The notes under the pieces: generated by a model | The model's input: only the letters and a program-made list of their open reading frames with translations | Databases searched by the model: none | Told to the model about the DNA's origin: nothing | From: Bryobacterales bacterium | GTDB lineage: Bacteria; Acidobacteriota; Terriglobia; Bryobacterales; UBA6623 | Direction of reading: 5' to 3' | Assembly: GCA_965216545.1 (NCBI GenBank) | Contig: OZ244172.1 | Location: 3,654,763 to 3,718,762, forward strand | DNA length: 64,000 bases | Made by a program: the position numbers and the translations under genes | In this document: piece after piece, positions 26,275 to 35,879 of the stretch | Position numbering within the stretch: position 1 is the first letter of the stretch | Layout of the letters: every line of letters begins with the position of its first letter

Positions 26275-28047
26275 ATGCTTATGCGCACTCCCCTGGTCCT
26301 GTTTCGGCGGCCCTGCCCGCTGCTGTTGACCCTCGTACTGTGCTTTGCAGCCGGCGCCCCGGCGCAGAGTCTTGGTCAGCCTCCGTTCGAGGCCTGCAAG
26401 CCGGGCGGCTTCACCGTCATCGGGTATCCGGACGAGTTCGCCCCTCGTGCGACTCCCCAGTTCGACGTCTTCGTCGACGAGCGCTTCCAGGGTCAGTTCG
26501 TCACCACGCAGCGCATTTGGCTCGAAGGAATCAACAACACCATCATCAAGTGGAATGGCATCCCGGGCTCGAAGTGGAAGTTCAACAACCTGGGCTTGAC
26601 GAGCTCGGACTGGAGCCCGAACGACAACAAGGTCCACATCGCCGCTTGCGGCGGCCTGTTCGCCTGTCCCGAGGGTACGCCGCCGGCGCCGCCGGCCGGC
26701 CCCGGGGGCGACGTGCTCGACTTCTTCGCCGCCTATCAGACCACGCTCGCCGTCACGCTGATCTGGGAGGACAACACTCCCGGCCGGCGCATTCGCAACT
26801 CCGACATTTTCTTCAACCCGGCCATCCCGTTCAACAGCGACCCCAACGACGGCCAAATCGACTTCGAGAGCGTGCTGCTGCACGAGCTCGGCCACGCGCT
26901 CGGTCTCGACCACAACGACAATTGCCACGTCGGACCGACCGTGATGGAATCGCTGATCGACCTCAGTGATCGTCGCCGCGACACCTCCAGTCCTGAAATC
27001 GAGGGCGTCAAGTTCCTCTACCCGACCGACGATTCGTCGGCAATCCGGCTCTTCGACCGCGACCGCGAAGCCTCGTTCGATGCGCTCCGCGGCGGCGACC
27101 TGCCGTTCGGAAAAGACCTGACCTTCTACGGGCACAGCTTCAATCGCTGGACGGCGGCCACCGACGCCGGTTGGCTCTCGGTCGAGCCGCCCGCCGGCCG
27201 CTTCGCCCCAGACGGCAACCTCGAAATCCTCGTCGACCAGAGCGGACTGGACGCCGGGACCTATGAAGGAACGATCACGATCTCCGACGAAGCCCATCCG
27301 GGCCCGCCGGTGACCGTCGCGGTCACGCTCAACGTCACCGAAGCCGGCCCCGGCGGCGAGCCGCCGCTGTTGACACGAGAGGGCGTAGTGAACGGCGCGA
27401 ACCTGCTCTCGGGCAGGATCGCCCCGGGCTCCTTCGTCACCCTCTTCGGCCAGAGCTTGGCAACCACGACCGAACAGGCCGACGGCTTTCCGCTGCCCAC
27501 CAAGCTCGGCGGCGCCGAGGTGATCTTTAACGGCGTGGCGGCGCCGTTGCTCTACGCCTCGCCCACGCAAATCAACTTCCAGGCGCCGGCGGAGACCTAC
27601 ACCGGGCGCGGCGGCGTGATCGTGCGCACCGGCTACGGCCAAACCTTGAGTCTGCCGCTCGACGTGCTCGTCACCGCTCCCGAGATGTTCATGACGGGCG
27701 AGCGCAGCGCCATCGCGCTCAACCAGGACGGATCGCTGAACGGTCCCGACAACCCAGCCTCAATCGGCTCGTTCGTCACGCTGTTCCTGACCGGCCAGGG
27801 ACCGACCCAGCCCCATGGGCCGAGCGGGTTGCCCGCTCCGACCGATCCGCTAGCCCGCGTGGTTTCGAGCCATACCGCTTTCGTAGCCGGCAGGGAAGCC
27901 GAGGTGCAGTACCTCGGGCTCGCGCCCGGCTTCGCCGGCCTCGCGCAGGCCAACATCGTGGTGCCTCCCGGCCTCACCGGCGAGCTTGCGGTGAAGATCC
28001 GCATCGACGGCCGGGACAGCAACACGGGATTTATTTGGGTGCAATAG
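26275..28047 (+). CDS. secreted metzincin-type zinc metalloprotease with TIGR03437-like C-terminal domain
   Basis: HELGHALGLDH zinc motif. The C-terminus reads VVNGANLLSGRIAPGSFVTLFG...VIFNGVAAPLLYASPTQINFQAP. Start at the ATG at 26275 or 26281. Confidence 0.8.
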   Translation: MLMRTPLVLFRRPCPLLLTLVLCFAAGAPAQSLGQPPFEACKPGGFTVIGYPDEFAPRATPQFDVFVDERFQGQFVTTQRIWLEGINNTIIKWNGIPGSKWKFNNLGLTSSDWSPNDNKVHIAACGGLFACPEGTPPAPPAGPGGDVLDFFAAYQTTLAVTLIWEDNTPGRRIRNSDIFFNPAIPFNSDPNDGQIDFESVLLHELGHALGLDHNDNCHVGPTVMESLIDLSDRRRDTSSPEIEGVKFLYPTDDSSAIRLFDRDREASFDALRGGDLPFGKDLTFYGHSFNRWTAATDAGWLSVEPPAGRFAPDGNLEILVDQSGLDAGTYEGTITISDEAHPGPPVTVAVTLNVTEAGPGGEPPLLTREGVVNGANLLSGRIAPGSFVTLFGQSLATTTEQADGFPLPTKLGGAEVIFNGVAAPLLYASPTQINFQAPAETYTGRGGVIVRTGYGQTLSLPLDVLVTAPEMFMTGERSAIALNQDGSLNGPDNPASIGSFVTLFLTGQGPTQPHGPSGLPAPTDPLARVVSSHTAFVAGREAEVQYLGLAPGFAGLAQANIVVPPGLTGELAVKIRIDGRDSNTGFIWVQ

Positions 28048-28061
28048 GCAGGACCACGGCG

Positions 28062-28667
28062 ATGACGCGCAACTTCTCGAAACTCGTTCTACTGGCGCTG
28101 CTCTGCGGCGCCCCGCTCGCGGCCTCTTCGGTGCGCGAGATCTCGTTCGACTCGCTGAGCCGCGCCGCCAAACGCGTAATCGGCGGCGAAGTCGTGCGGG
28201 TGATCTCCGAGTTTGGCGACAACGGCTTTATCTATACCGATGTGACCGTCCTGGTGCGCAACGCCGCGCCGCGCTCGCTCGAAGGCCGGCCCTATACCTT
28301 CCGTACGATTGGCGGCGAGGTGGACGGCCAACGGCTCTTGATCCAAGGCATGCCGCGCTTCGAGGTCGGCCAGCAGGTCGCACTGTTCTTGCATGACACG
28401 CCGGAGACGGCTCTGGGGCCGACGGTCGGCCTGTGGCAGGGCGTCTTCTTCGTCGAACGTGACGGCGAGACAGGCGAGCACTTCATGCTCGACTCCAGGC
28501 GCCGCCCCGTGCTCGGCCTAGAGGGCCAAGAGCTGGTCCGCGGCCGCCCAGGAGTCCAAACGCGCCAGAGCCCGGATCTGAGCATTGGCGATGCGCCCCA
28601 GAAGGCGATGGCCGTCGACGCTTTCTTCGAGCGCGTGCGCGCCTATCGCGGCGCGGAAGGTTTCTAA
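28062..28667 (+). CDS. hypothetical secreted protein
   Basis: Signal peptide MTRNFSKLVLLALLCGAPLAA. Family not recognised. Confidence 0.55.
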   Translation: MTRNFSKLVLLALLCGAPLAASSVREISFDSLSRAAKRVIGGEVVRVISEFGDNGFIYTDVTVLVRNAAPRSLEGRPYTFRTIGGEVDGQRLLIQGMPRFEVGQQVALFLHDTPETALGPTVGLWQGVFFVERDGETGEHFMLDSRRRPVLGLEGQELVRGRPGVQTRQSPDLSIGDAPQKAMAVDAFFERVRAYRGAEGF

Positions 28668-28712
28668 GACGAGCTACTCGGGCCGACACGGACCCGTGTG
28701 GAGCAGAGAGTT

Positions 28713-28743
28713 GGCCGCGCTGTGGGGGCGCGGCCGTTTTTTT
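28713..28743 (+). terminator. rho-independent terminator candidate
   Basis: Stem GGCCGCGC (28713-28720) pairs with GCGCGGCC (28728-28735), followed by a T7 run at 28737-28743. Confidence 0.6.
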
Positions 28744-29386
28744 ATTTCTCCGGCAACCGATGGATGCTGATCTCGCGGAACAGCACCGTCGAGCGCTCGT
28801 CGTGGTTCTGCAGCCCGATGTAGCCCGCGTCGGGGCGCGGCCCGCGCTGCGGCTCGTAGTAGCGGACGCGCTCGGGCACGGGCTGGTCGCCCTGGAAAGT
28901 GTTGACGACCTCGCCGTTCACGCTCACGGTGGTGGTCTGGCCTTCGAGCGCGATCTCGAGCGTATTCCAGCCGTCGGCGGACGGAGGAAACGTGTCGGCC
29001 TTCGAGAGCGAATAGATCGAGCCGGTGCGATGAAACTCATCCGCGTCGTCTTGGATCTGCACTTCGTATCCCTTGTGAACGGCATACCAAGGATCTTGCG
29101 GCTTCTCGGGCGCACGAATAAACACGCCCGCGTTCGATAGCGGGTTCTCGGGCTTGTAGACGACGCGCAGCACCGCATCGCCGATCGGCTTGCCGTCGTA
29201 GACGAGCAATCCCATCCCGCCGACGGTCTTCAGCGCGCCCTCCTCCACCACGAACTCGCCTGGCCCAACGTGCCGCCAGCCGGCGAGGTTCTCGCCGTTG
29301 AAGAGCTGCTCGCCCGGCTCGGGCGCGGGCGCGCAACCAAGTGCGGCGCCGAGGAGGGCGGCGAGGGCTAGGGAACGCTTCAGCAT
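28742..29386 (-). CDS. DUF1080 (3-keto-disaccharide hydrolase-like) lipoprotein/secreted protein
   Basis: LFNGENLAGWRHVGPGEFVVEEGALKT...GYIGLQNH pattern with a signal/lipobox-like LLGAALGC. Confidence 0.75.
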   Translation of the reverse strand: MLKRSLALAALLGAALGCAPAPEPGEQLFNGENLAGWRHVGPGEFVVEEGALKTVGGMGLLVYDGKPIGDAVLRVVYKPENPLSNAGVFIRAPEKPQDPWYAVHKGYEVQIQDDADEFHRTGSIYSLSKADTFPPSADGWNTLEIALEGQTTTVSVNGEVVNTFQGDQPVPERVRYYEPQRGPRPDAGYIGLQNHDERSTVLFREISIHRLPEK

Positions 29387-29433
29387 GGTCGACCGCCTCC
29401 AGAATAGCGAACGGCGTGTGCTCTAATGCGGGC

Positions 29434-30861
29434 GTGTCTTCGCCCCTGACCTCGTTTGGCGCCGTCGCGCTCGCCCGCAAGATCCGCTCCGGTCAGGTTT
29501 CGTCTCGCGAGGTCGTCCAAGCGCATCTCGAGCGCACGGCGCTGTGGAACCCTCGCTTGAACGCCATCGTGCACCTCGACGCGGAAGGGGCGCTCGAGCA
29601 GGCCGCCGCGGCGGACCAGGCGCAGGCGGCGGGACAGCCCCTCGGACGGCTCCACGGCGTACCGCTGACGATGAAGGCCTCGATCGACGTCCAAGGCCTG
29701 CGCTGCGAATGCGGCTCGCGATTCCGCGAGGGCTACGTTGCCGAGCGGGACGCCACGCTGGTCGCCCGTCTGCGCGCCGCGGGCGCGGTCTTCCTCGGTA
29801 CGACCAATACCCCGGACATGCTGATGGCCTACGAGACGGACAACTTCCTCTATGGCCGCAGCAACAATCCCTGGGACCTCGAGCGTACGCCGGGCGGCTC
29901 GAGCGGCGGCGAGGCGGCGGCGATCGCCTCGGGCTGCTCGCCGGCGGGCTTCGGCTCCGACGGCGGCGGCTCGGTGCGGGTCCCTTCGCATTTCTGCGGC
30001 ATCGCCGGGCTCAAGCCCACGCCCGGGGTGATCCCGCGCACCGGCCATTGGCCCTCTTGCGTGGGCCCGTCGACCTATTTGGGGCTGGTCGGGCCCATGG
30101 CGCGGGAAGCTGAAGATCTGCAATTGCTGCTCGAGATCACCGCCGGCCCAGAACGCCACGACCCCTCGTCCGCGCCCGTCTCCGTCACTGCGCCAGGGTT
30201 GGAGCAGCTCAAAGCGCGACGCATTGGCTGGTGCGTGAGCGACGGACGCACGCCGGTGAGCGAGGAGACCGCCGCGGCCGTCGAAACCGCCGCGAAGGCG
30301 CTGGAACGACAGGGATTTCGCCTGGAGCCCTTCTCGTTGGACGGCCTGGAGGACGCCATCCGCGTCTGGTGGACGCTGTTCGGAGTCGCCGGCGCCACAC
30401 TGACCAAACCGCTTGTCGAGGGCCGCGAGGAAGACGTGCATCCGCTCTCGCACGGCCTGTTCGCGAGCCAAGACGAGGCGCGTGAGATGACCTACGAGCG
30501 GTTCCTCGAGGCCTGGGTGGAGCGCGACCGCATCCGCTCCAAGCTGCTCGGCAGAATGGAAGGATTGACGGCCTTTCTCTGCCCGGTCGCATCGATTCCC
30601 GCCTTGCGCCACGGCGAGCGGGAATGGAGCGTCGCGGGAAAGACCGTGCGTTACCCCCAGATCTTCCGCTACAGCCAGATCTTCAATCTCACCGGCAACC
30701 CCGCCGCGGTCGCCCCGGTCGGGCTCTCCGCCGAAGGCCTTCCGATCGGCGTGCAGATCGTCGGCCACCCCTTCGAGGACGCCTTGGCGGCGGGGCTCGC
30801 AGGTCTACTTCAGCGGGAGCTTGGTCGTCCGTCGCTTCCCTCAGGCGAGCGAGCGCGGTGA
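29434..30861 (+). CDS. amidase (amidase-signature family)
   Basis: GGSSGGEAAAIASG signature with a Ser-cisSer-Lys context. Start uncertain: GTG at 29434 or 29416 avoids overlap with the convergent upstream gene, while the track ORF starts at 29341. Confidence 0.85.
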   Translation: MSSPLTSFGAVALARKIRSGQVSSREVVQAHLERTALWNPRLNAIVHLDAEGALEQAAAADQAQAAGQPLGRLHGVPLTMKASIDVQGLRCECGSRFREGYVAERDATLVARLRAAGAVFLGTTNTPDMLMAYETDNFLYGRSNNPWDLERTPGGSSGGEAAAIASGCSPAGFGSDGGGSVRVPSHFCGIAGLKPTPGVIPRTGHWPSCVGPSTYLGLVGPMAREAEDLQLLLEITAGPERHDPSSAPVSVTAPGLEQLKARRIGWCVSDGRTPVSEETAAAVETAAKALERQGFRLEPFSLDGLEDAIRVWWTLFGVAGATLTKPLVEGREEDVHPLSHGLFASQDEAREMTYERFLEAWVERDRIRSKLLGRMEGLTAFLCPVASIPALRHGEREWSVAGKTVRYPQIFRYSQIFNLTGNPAAVAPVGLSAEGLPIGVQIVGHPFEDALAAGLAGLLQRELGRPSLPSGERAR

Positions 30862-30968
30862 GAGGCTCTGAGCGCCTACGCAGACCGCTTCCTCAGACCT
30901 TTTTGTGTAGTCCGCGTCGGCTGCTAGGATAGATACGGCGAGAAGCGCCAACGCTCGTCGCCGCGCCC

Positions 30969-31232
30969 GTGATGATGACCGAGACGCAAGACGTCGAAGC
31001 CTTGGACCGGCTCGAGGGCCGTGTCCTGGAGATTGTGGAACAGTTGCGCGAGGCCAAACGCCGGCTCGCGGCGGCCGAACAGGAAACGGAGCGGCTGCGC
31101 GAGAGGTTGCGCGAGGCGGAGAGACGTGCACGGACGATCGACTCCAATCGAACCAAGACGCGCGCGGACCAGGACGAGATTCGGCGGCGCATCGAGGCTT
31201 TGATCGGCAAGATCGAGTCCATGGAACATTAA
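30969..31232 (+). CDS. short coiled-coil protein (ZapB-like), upstream of zapA
   Basis: 87 aa of almost pure heptad coiled coil, sitting next to zapA. Confidence 0.5.
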   Translation: MMMTETQDVEALDRLEGRVLEIVEQLREAKRRLAAAEQETERLRERLREAERRARTIDSNRTKTRADQDEIRRRIEALIGKIESMEH

Positions 31233-31271
31233 CCTCCAACCGCGCTCGAGCGGGTCGAGAAGGAAAGGCGC

Positions 31272-31595
31272 ATGCGGTCACACCAGGGCACACAGGTTCA
31301 CATTTTTGGGCAGGTCTACACATTGCGCACCCGCGACGACGCAGAGCGCGTTCGTCGAGTGGCGGCGCGGGTCGATCAGAAGATGAACGAGGTCGCCGAC
31401 CGCGGCTCCGGCGCCGATAGCTATCGCGTGGCCGTTCTGGCGGCGCTCGAGTTGGCCGACGAGCTTGTCCGCGTCGAGGAGGATTCGGAGAACCTTCGCG
31501 CGCGGGTGGCCGAGAGGAGCCGGCGCATCGAATCGATCCTCGATGAAGCGGCCGAGCCGGCGGCGCTCGAAGCGCTGCGTCCGGCAGCGGACTAA
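31272..31595 (+). CDS. zapA: cell division protein ZapA
   Basis: VHIFGQVYTLRT...YRVAVLAALELADEL pattern; about 107 aa. Confidence 0.75.
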   Translation: MRSHQGTQVHIFGQVYTLRTRDDAERVRRVAARVDQKMNEVADRGSGADSYRVAVLAALELADELVRVEEDSENLRARVAERSRRIESILDEAAEPAALEALRPAAD

Positions 31596-31682
31596 GAGGA
31601 AAGGAAAGACGCCTTCTGGCACGGACTGCCAAGGCTTTGGTGCATTCGAGCCTCGTGCAGGTGAAGGCAGCTTTACTCCCTC

Positions 31683-33485
31683 ATGACCCCTGACGCCTGG
31701 CTCTGCACGGCCACACTGCTGGTCCTGCTCTGCGTGCTCGGGGCCGGCGTTGCACCGCTCGAGATTGCGATGCTGGCGGCCCTGGCCGCTCAAACGCTCT
31801 TCGGGATCCTTCCTCTCACCGACGCTCTGGCCGGGTTCGCTCACCCGGCTCTGATGATGATCGCAGCGCTGTTCGTCGTCGCGGCGGGCCTCACCGAGAC
31901 CGGTGCTACGCAGGCGATCGCGCAACGTCTTCTGGGGCGCCCCACGAGCGTGGCCGCGGCCCAGCTTCGCCTGATGGGGCCGGTCGCCGCGCTCTCGGCA
32001 TTTCTCAACAATACTCCGATCGTCGCGATGTACTTGCCCATCGTCAGCGACTGGGCGCGCAAGATTCGCGTCAGCCCGTCGAAGCTGTACCTGCCGCTCA
32101 GCTTCGCCGCCATCCTGGGCGGACGTCTCACGCTCATCGGCAGCTCTTCGAACCTGGTGGTGATGGGCCAGTACCGGCGCTTGTGGGAGAGCTCGCCGGG
32201 TGTCGCGCCTTTGAGCGGAGCGATGGAGCTGTGGGGCCCGGCGACGCTCGGCCTGCCCGCGCTCGTGCTTGGGGGCGCTTACCTGCTAGCGACCTCGAAA
32301 TGGCTGTTGCCCGAGCGCAAGCCCGCACAGGTCTCTACGCTAGACGCGCGCCGGTACACGGTGCAGATGGAGGTTCGCCCCGATTCGCCCGTGGCGGGTC
32401 GCAGCATCGAGCAGGCCGGATTGCGCCACCTGCCGGGCCTGTACCTCTCCGAGATCGAGCGCGACGGGCAATCCTTGCCCGCTCCGCCGCCCACGGCCGT
32501 GTTGCAAGCCGGCGACGTGCTCTCTTTCGCCGGGATCCTCGAATCCGTCGTGGATTTGCGCAAGGTCCGCGGCTTGGTTCCCGCCACCAATCAGGTCGAC
32601 AAGCTCGCCGCGCGCGAGGGCGATCGCTCGCTCGTCGAAGCCGTCGTCTCGCACAACTCCCCATTGGCGGGCCGCACGGTTCGCGAAAGCCGTTTTCGCA
32701 CGGCCTACAACGCGGCCATCATCGCGGTCCATCGCAACGGCGAGCAGATTCACGCCAAGGTGGGCGACATCCGTCTGCGCGCCGGCGACACGCTGTTGCT
32801 CGATACCCACCGCGGGTTCGTAGACGGCTATCGCAACAGCGATCACTTCTACCTCGTGTCTGCAGTCGAGGGCGCGACGCATCCGCGGCATGAGAAAGCT
32901 GGTCGCGCAATCGCGATCTTCGTCGCTGTGGTGGCGCTGTTGGCGTTCTCGGGTCAACCGCCGGCGCTGGTCGCGTTGTTGGGTGCGATCGCGATGGTCG
33001 GGAGCGGCTGCGTCACCGCGGGCGTGGCGCGTGCGAGCGTGAACCTGCAAGTTCTGGTCGTGATCGCGAGCGCGCTGGGCCTAGGCGCGGCGCTGGAGAG
33101 ATCCGGTGCGGCCGAGGCGTTCGCGGGGACGATCCTCGGGGCCGCCGCGAGCTTTGGCTTGGGTTCGAGCGCCATGCTGTTCGTGGTGGCGGTTCTAACG
33201 GCGGCGTTGGCGCAGGTGCTGACCAACAACGGCGCCGCGGCGTTGATGTTTCCCATCGCGATCGCGGCGGCCCACGATCTGGGCGTTCGCGAGACTCCGT
33301 TCGTCTTCGTCTTGCTGATGGCTTGCGGCCTCACCTTCCTCACCCCTATCGGCTACCCGACGAACTTGATGGTCTACGGCCCGGGCGGCTATCGCTTTCT
33401 CGACTTCACCCGAATCGGCGCGCCGCTGGCGCTGTTGCTGGCAGCCATGGCGGCCCTGCTCGCGCCGCTGGTCTTTCCTTTCTAG
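31683..33485 (+). CDS. SLC13/DASS-type anion permease with two central TrkA-C (RCK_C) domains
   Basis: Polytopic membrane halves flank two soluble repeats (VRPDSPVAGRSIEQ..., VVSHNSPLAGRTVRE...). Confidence 0.75.
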   Translation: MTPDAWLCTATLLVLLCVLGAGVAPLEIAMLAALAAQTLFGILPLTDALAGFAHPALMMIAALFVVAAGLTETGATQAIAQRLLGRPTSVAAAQLRLMGPVAALSAFLNNTPIVAMYLPIVSDWARKIRVSPSKLYLPLSFAAILGGRLTLIGSSSNLVVMGQYRRLWESSPGVAPLSGAMELWGPATLGLPALVLGGAYLLATSKWLLPERKPAQVSTLDARRYTVQMEVRPDSPVAGRSIEQAGLRHLPGLYLSEIERDGQSLPAPPPTAVLQAGDVLSFAGILESVVDLRKVRGLVPATNQVDKLAAREGDRSLVEAVVSHNSPLAGRTVRESRFRTAYNAAIIAVHRNGEQIHAKVGDIRLRAGDTLLLDTHRGFVDGYRNSDHFYLVSAVEGATHPRHEKAGRAIAIFVAVVALLAFSGQPPALVALLGAIAMVGSGCVTAGVARASVNLQVLVVIASALGLGAALERSGAAEAFAGTILGAAASFGLGSSAMLFVVAVLTAALAQVLTNNGAAALMFPIAIAAAHDLGVRETPFVFVLLMACGLTFLTPIGYPTNLMVYGPGGYRFLDFTRIGAPLALLLAAMAALLAPLVFPF

Positions 33486-33518
33486 CGAGAGATGCCCTTT
33501 CCCCGGCGCGCTGCTAGC

Positions 33519-33980
33519 ATGGAGGCCTTGTCCACCGGCCGTCTTCAGCTTCGAATCCAGAAGTTGCACCCCGATGCGCGGCTGCCCGCCTATGCCCACG
33601 GCGCCGACGAAGACTCCGGGCTGGACCTCTACGCCGTCGAAAGCCTGACGCTGCCGGCGGGGAAATGGGCCGCTGCGCCCACCGGTCTGGCCGTCGAGAT
33701 CCCCCCCGGATACGAAGGACAGGTGCGTCCGCGTAGCGGGCTGGCCGCCCGCCACGGCATTGCCCTGCTCAACGCGCCCGGCACCATCGATCCCGGCTAC
33801 CGGGGCGAGCTCCGAATCCTGCTCATCAATCATTCCGAGCAGGATTTTCGGATCGAGGCAGGCGACCGGATCGCGCAGCTCGTCATCGCCGCCTACGCTC
33901 GGGTGGAATGTCGTTGGGCCGAGAGCGAGTTGGCCGCTTCAGCGAGAGCCGGCGGCGGATTCGGCTCGACCGGCCGTTGA
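33519..33980 (+). CDS. dut: dUTP diphosphatase
   Basis: Motifs SGLDLYA, RPRSGLA, GTIDPGYRGEL, GDRIAQLVI, GGFGSTG. Start at the ATG at 33519 or 33492. Confidence 0.92.
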   Translation: MEALSTGRLQLRIQKLHPDARLPAYAHGADEDSGLDLYAVESLTLPAGKWAAAPTGLAVEIPPGYEGQVRPRSGLAARHGIALLNAPGTIDPGYRGELRILLINHSEQDFRIEAGDRIAQLVIAAYARVECRWAESELAASARAGGGFGSTGR

Positions 33981-35834
33981 GCTTCCCGCGACCGGCCGGC
34001 TCAGCCGTCGACCCTCGGCACGCAGCCAGGTGGCGGCGCTCCACAGGCGTCCCCAGCAGCTCAGCAGCTCGCCCAGGCGCGCCGTTACGCTCTGCGTCAG
34101 CGCCAGCGTGGGATCGGCGAGGTCGCGCGGCAGCAGGTACGCGTCGTCGGTCACCGCCTCGTGCATCGTGCGGATGTAGCGTCGTTGCAGGCTCGCGAAG
34201 AACTCCGGGACGCCGCTCGTGTCCGCGCGCCTGAGCTGCGCTAAACGCGAGGCCTCGCGCGCCACGATGCGCGCCTGCAGCTCCTCGCGAAACTTCTCGC
34301 GCGGACCTCGCCCGAGCCGCGCGAGTCGTTGCCCGATCTGGGCAAGGGCGCCGGCCGGATCGACAGTCGCACCGCCCCCGGCCGAGTCGTGCATCAACAC
34401 CGTCAACACATCGGCGAAGCGGATGCTGCGGATGTCTGCAAACCACGCCTCGATCGACTGTGTGCGTTGGGCCGCCGGGTCGTGCAGCACGGCCCAGTTC
34501 AGGTATCCGCGGCAGGACTCGGGGAAGCAATGCTGTAGGAAGCGTCCCATGATGCCGTCCGAGTTGCGTTGCACCGGCGGAAACGGCGGGAAGAGCTCGC
34601 TGGCATCGACGCCCAGGTTGCCCGCCATCGTCAGAAAGCCCTCGGAGAGCGTCGTGCGCTGCGGTGCCCGTAGCATCTGCCGGCTCTCCACCGCCGCCCG
34701 GTAGAACTGCTCGGAAGCGAGCAGCCGTTGCCGCGAGCGGCGCTCGACTCCGATATAGGTGGTCGAGGCGACCCCGGAGTCTCCCACCACGCCCGCCATC
34801 GTCGTGCGCACACGCGCCCCATGGCGTCGCAAGCGCCCTTCGAAGGCTGGGGCGGCGCCGTCTAGATCGGCGTCGCCGCCGGCAACTTGCGCCACCGGGC
34901 GGCCGAGCAGCGACTCGTGGAGTGCGAACAGATCGACGTCGTCGCGCAACTCGACCTGCTCGTGCAGCGCTTCGCGATTCTCATAGAACCAAAACTGCGT
35001 CGGGTCGTTGCGCGAGACGATGTCGAGCTCGTGCTCGGCTTCGGGGGCCTGGGTCATCCGGCACATCCCGTCGTCGTCGGCTAGCACGTAGCGGCTGGCC
35101 GCGCCGTCGAGCAGCAGCGCGTTGCGCGCCGACCCGGTCGTGATCGGGCAGCGCTCGTCGCCCAGCAGCGCGAACCGCGCCACTGCCGGGTCGACTCCAG
35201 CTTCCCTGGCGAGGACCTCCGCGTAGGCCTCGCGCTCGGTCACGCCGCAGATGCGCATTCGCAGGCCGCAGCTCTGTTGCAACTCCTCGAGCAGATCCTC
35301 CGTTACCGATTCATCGGCCTGGTTGCGCGAATCGTCGATGACGACGACCTCGGGCGAGCGCTCGAAGCGGCGGAAGTTGGCCGCATAGCTCTCGATCGCG
35401 CGGCGCAGCTCCGCGGGGCGCCGGCGCGTGGTAAAGCCGAGTGCGGCGATGGGTTCGGTCTGCTCGGCGGGTCGCTCATCGGGGAAGCTCGAGCGGTCCG
35501 TCAATAGCCCGTTGCGTGCGAGCTCCTCGAGAGTCGCCCGTGACGAAGCGACCAACTTCTCCGCCGGCTCCGGCACGGCCTTGGCGGTGGCGTCGAGCAC
35601 GCGAGCAAGCCATTTGGGGCTGTGCTGTCCGGCCGCTTGGAGGCGACGCTGCTCGAGATGGGCCGCCCACGACCTGGCGTGCTCGTCGAGCGAGCGGTAG
35701 TCCACGCACGAGGCCAGCAGTCGAGCGTCGCTCTCGCGGATGGTCCGCGGCGGCCCGCCGAACGGCCGCACCAGACATTGATCCTCGCCGACGGCATAGA
35801 TCTCGACATCGGCGATGCGGAAACGCTCGCTCAT
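33939..35834 (-). CDS. hypothetical protein (631 aa), possible GT-A-like central domain
   Basis: Protein-like composition. The segment TTRRRPAELRRAIESY...PEVVVIDDS resembles a glycosyltransferase-2 N-terminal motif. This is a weak assignment. Confidence 0.5.
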   Translation of the reverse strand: MSERFRIADVEIYAVGEDQCLVRPFGGPPRTIRESDARLLASCVDYRSLDEHARSWAAHLEQRRLQAAGQHSPKWLARVLDATAKAVPEPAEKLVASSRATLEELARNGLLTDRSSFPDERPAEQTEPIAALGFTTRRRPAELRRAIESYAANFRRFERSPEVVVIDDSRNQADESVTEDLLEELQQSCGLRMRICGVTEREAYAEVLAREAGVDPAVARFALLGDERCPITTGSARNALLLDGAASRYVLADDDGMCRMTQAPEAEHELDIVSRNDPTQFWFYENREALHEQVELRDDVDLFALHESLLGRPVAQVAGGDADLDGAAPAFEGRLRRHGARVRTTMAGVVGDSGVASTTYIGVERRSRQRLLASEQFYRAAVESRQMLRAPQRTTLSEGFLTMAGNLGVDASELFPPFPPVQRNSDGIMGRFLQHCFPESCRGYLNWAVLHDPAAQRTQSIEAWFADIRSIRFADVLTVLMHDSAGGGATVDPAGALAQIGQRLARLGRGPREKFREELQARIVAREASRLAQLRRADTSGVPEFFASLQRRYIRTMHEAVTDDAYLLPRDLADPTLALTQSVTARLGELLSCWGRLWSAATWLRAEGRRLSRPVAGSSTAGRAESAAGSR

Positions 35835-35879
35835 GGGCTCGACTAATCTACCAGAGTACGGCTGTTAGAATCGTACGCG

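Noticed and set aside
26116-27642. 508-aa ORF antisense to the metalloprotease gene
   Set aside because: Shadow ORF: the plus-strand product has a signal peptide, the HELGHxxGxxH motif and a recognisable C-terminal domain.
31596-31682. 6S RNA downstream of zapA, as in the zapA-ssrS arrangement of enterobacteria
   Set aside because: The gap is only ~87 nt, too short for a ~180-nt 6S RNA, and shows no extended rod-like pairing.
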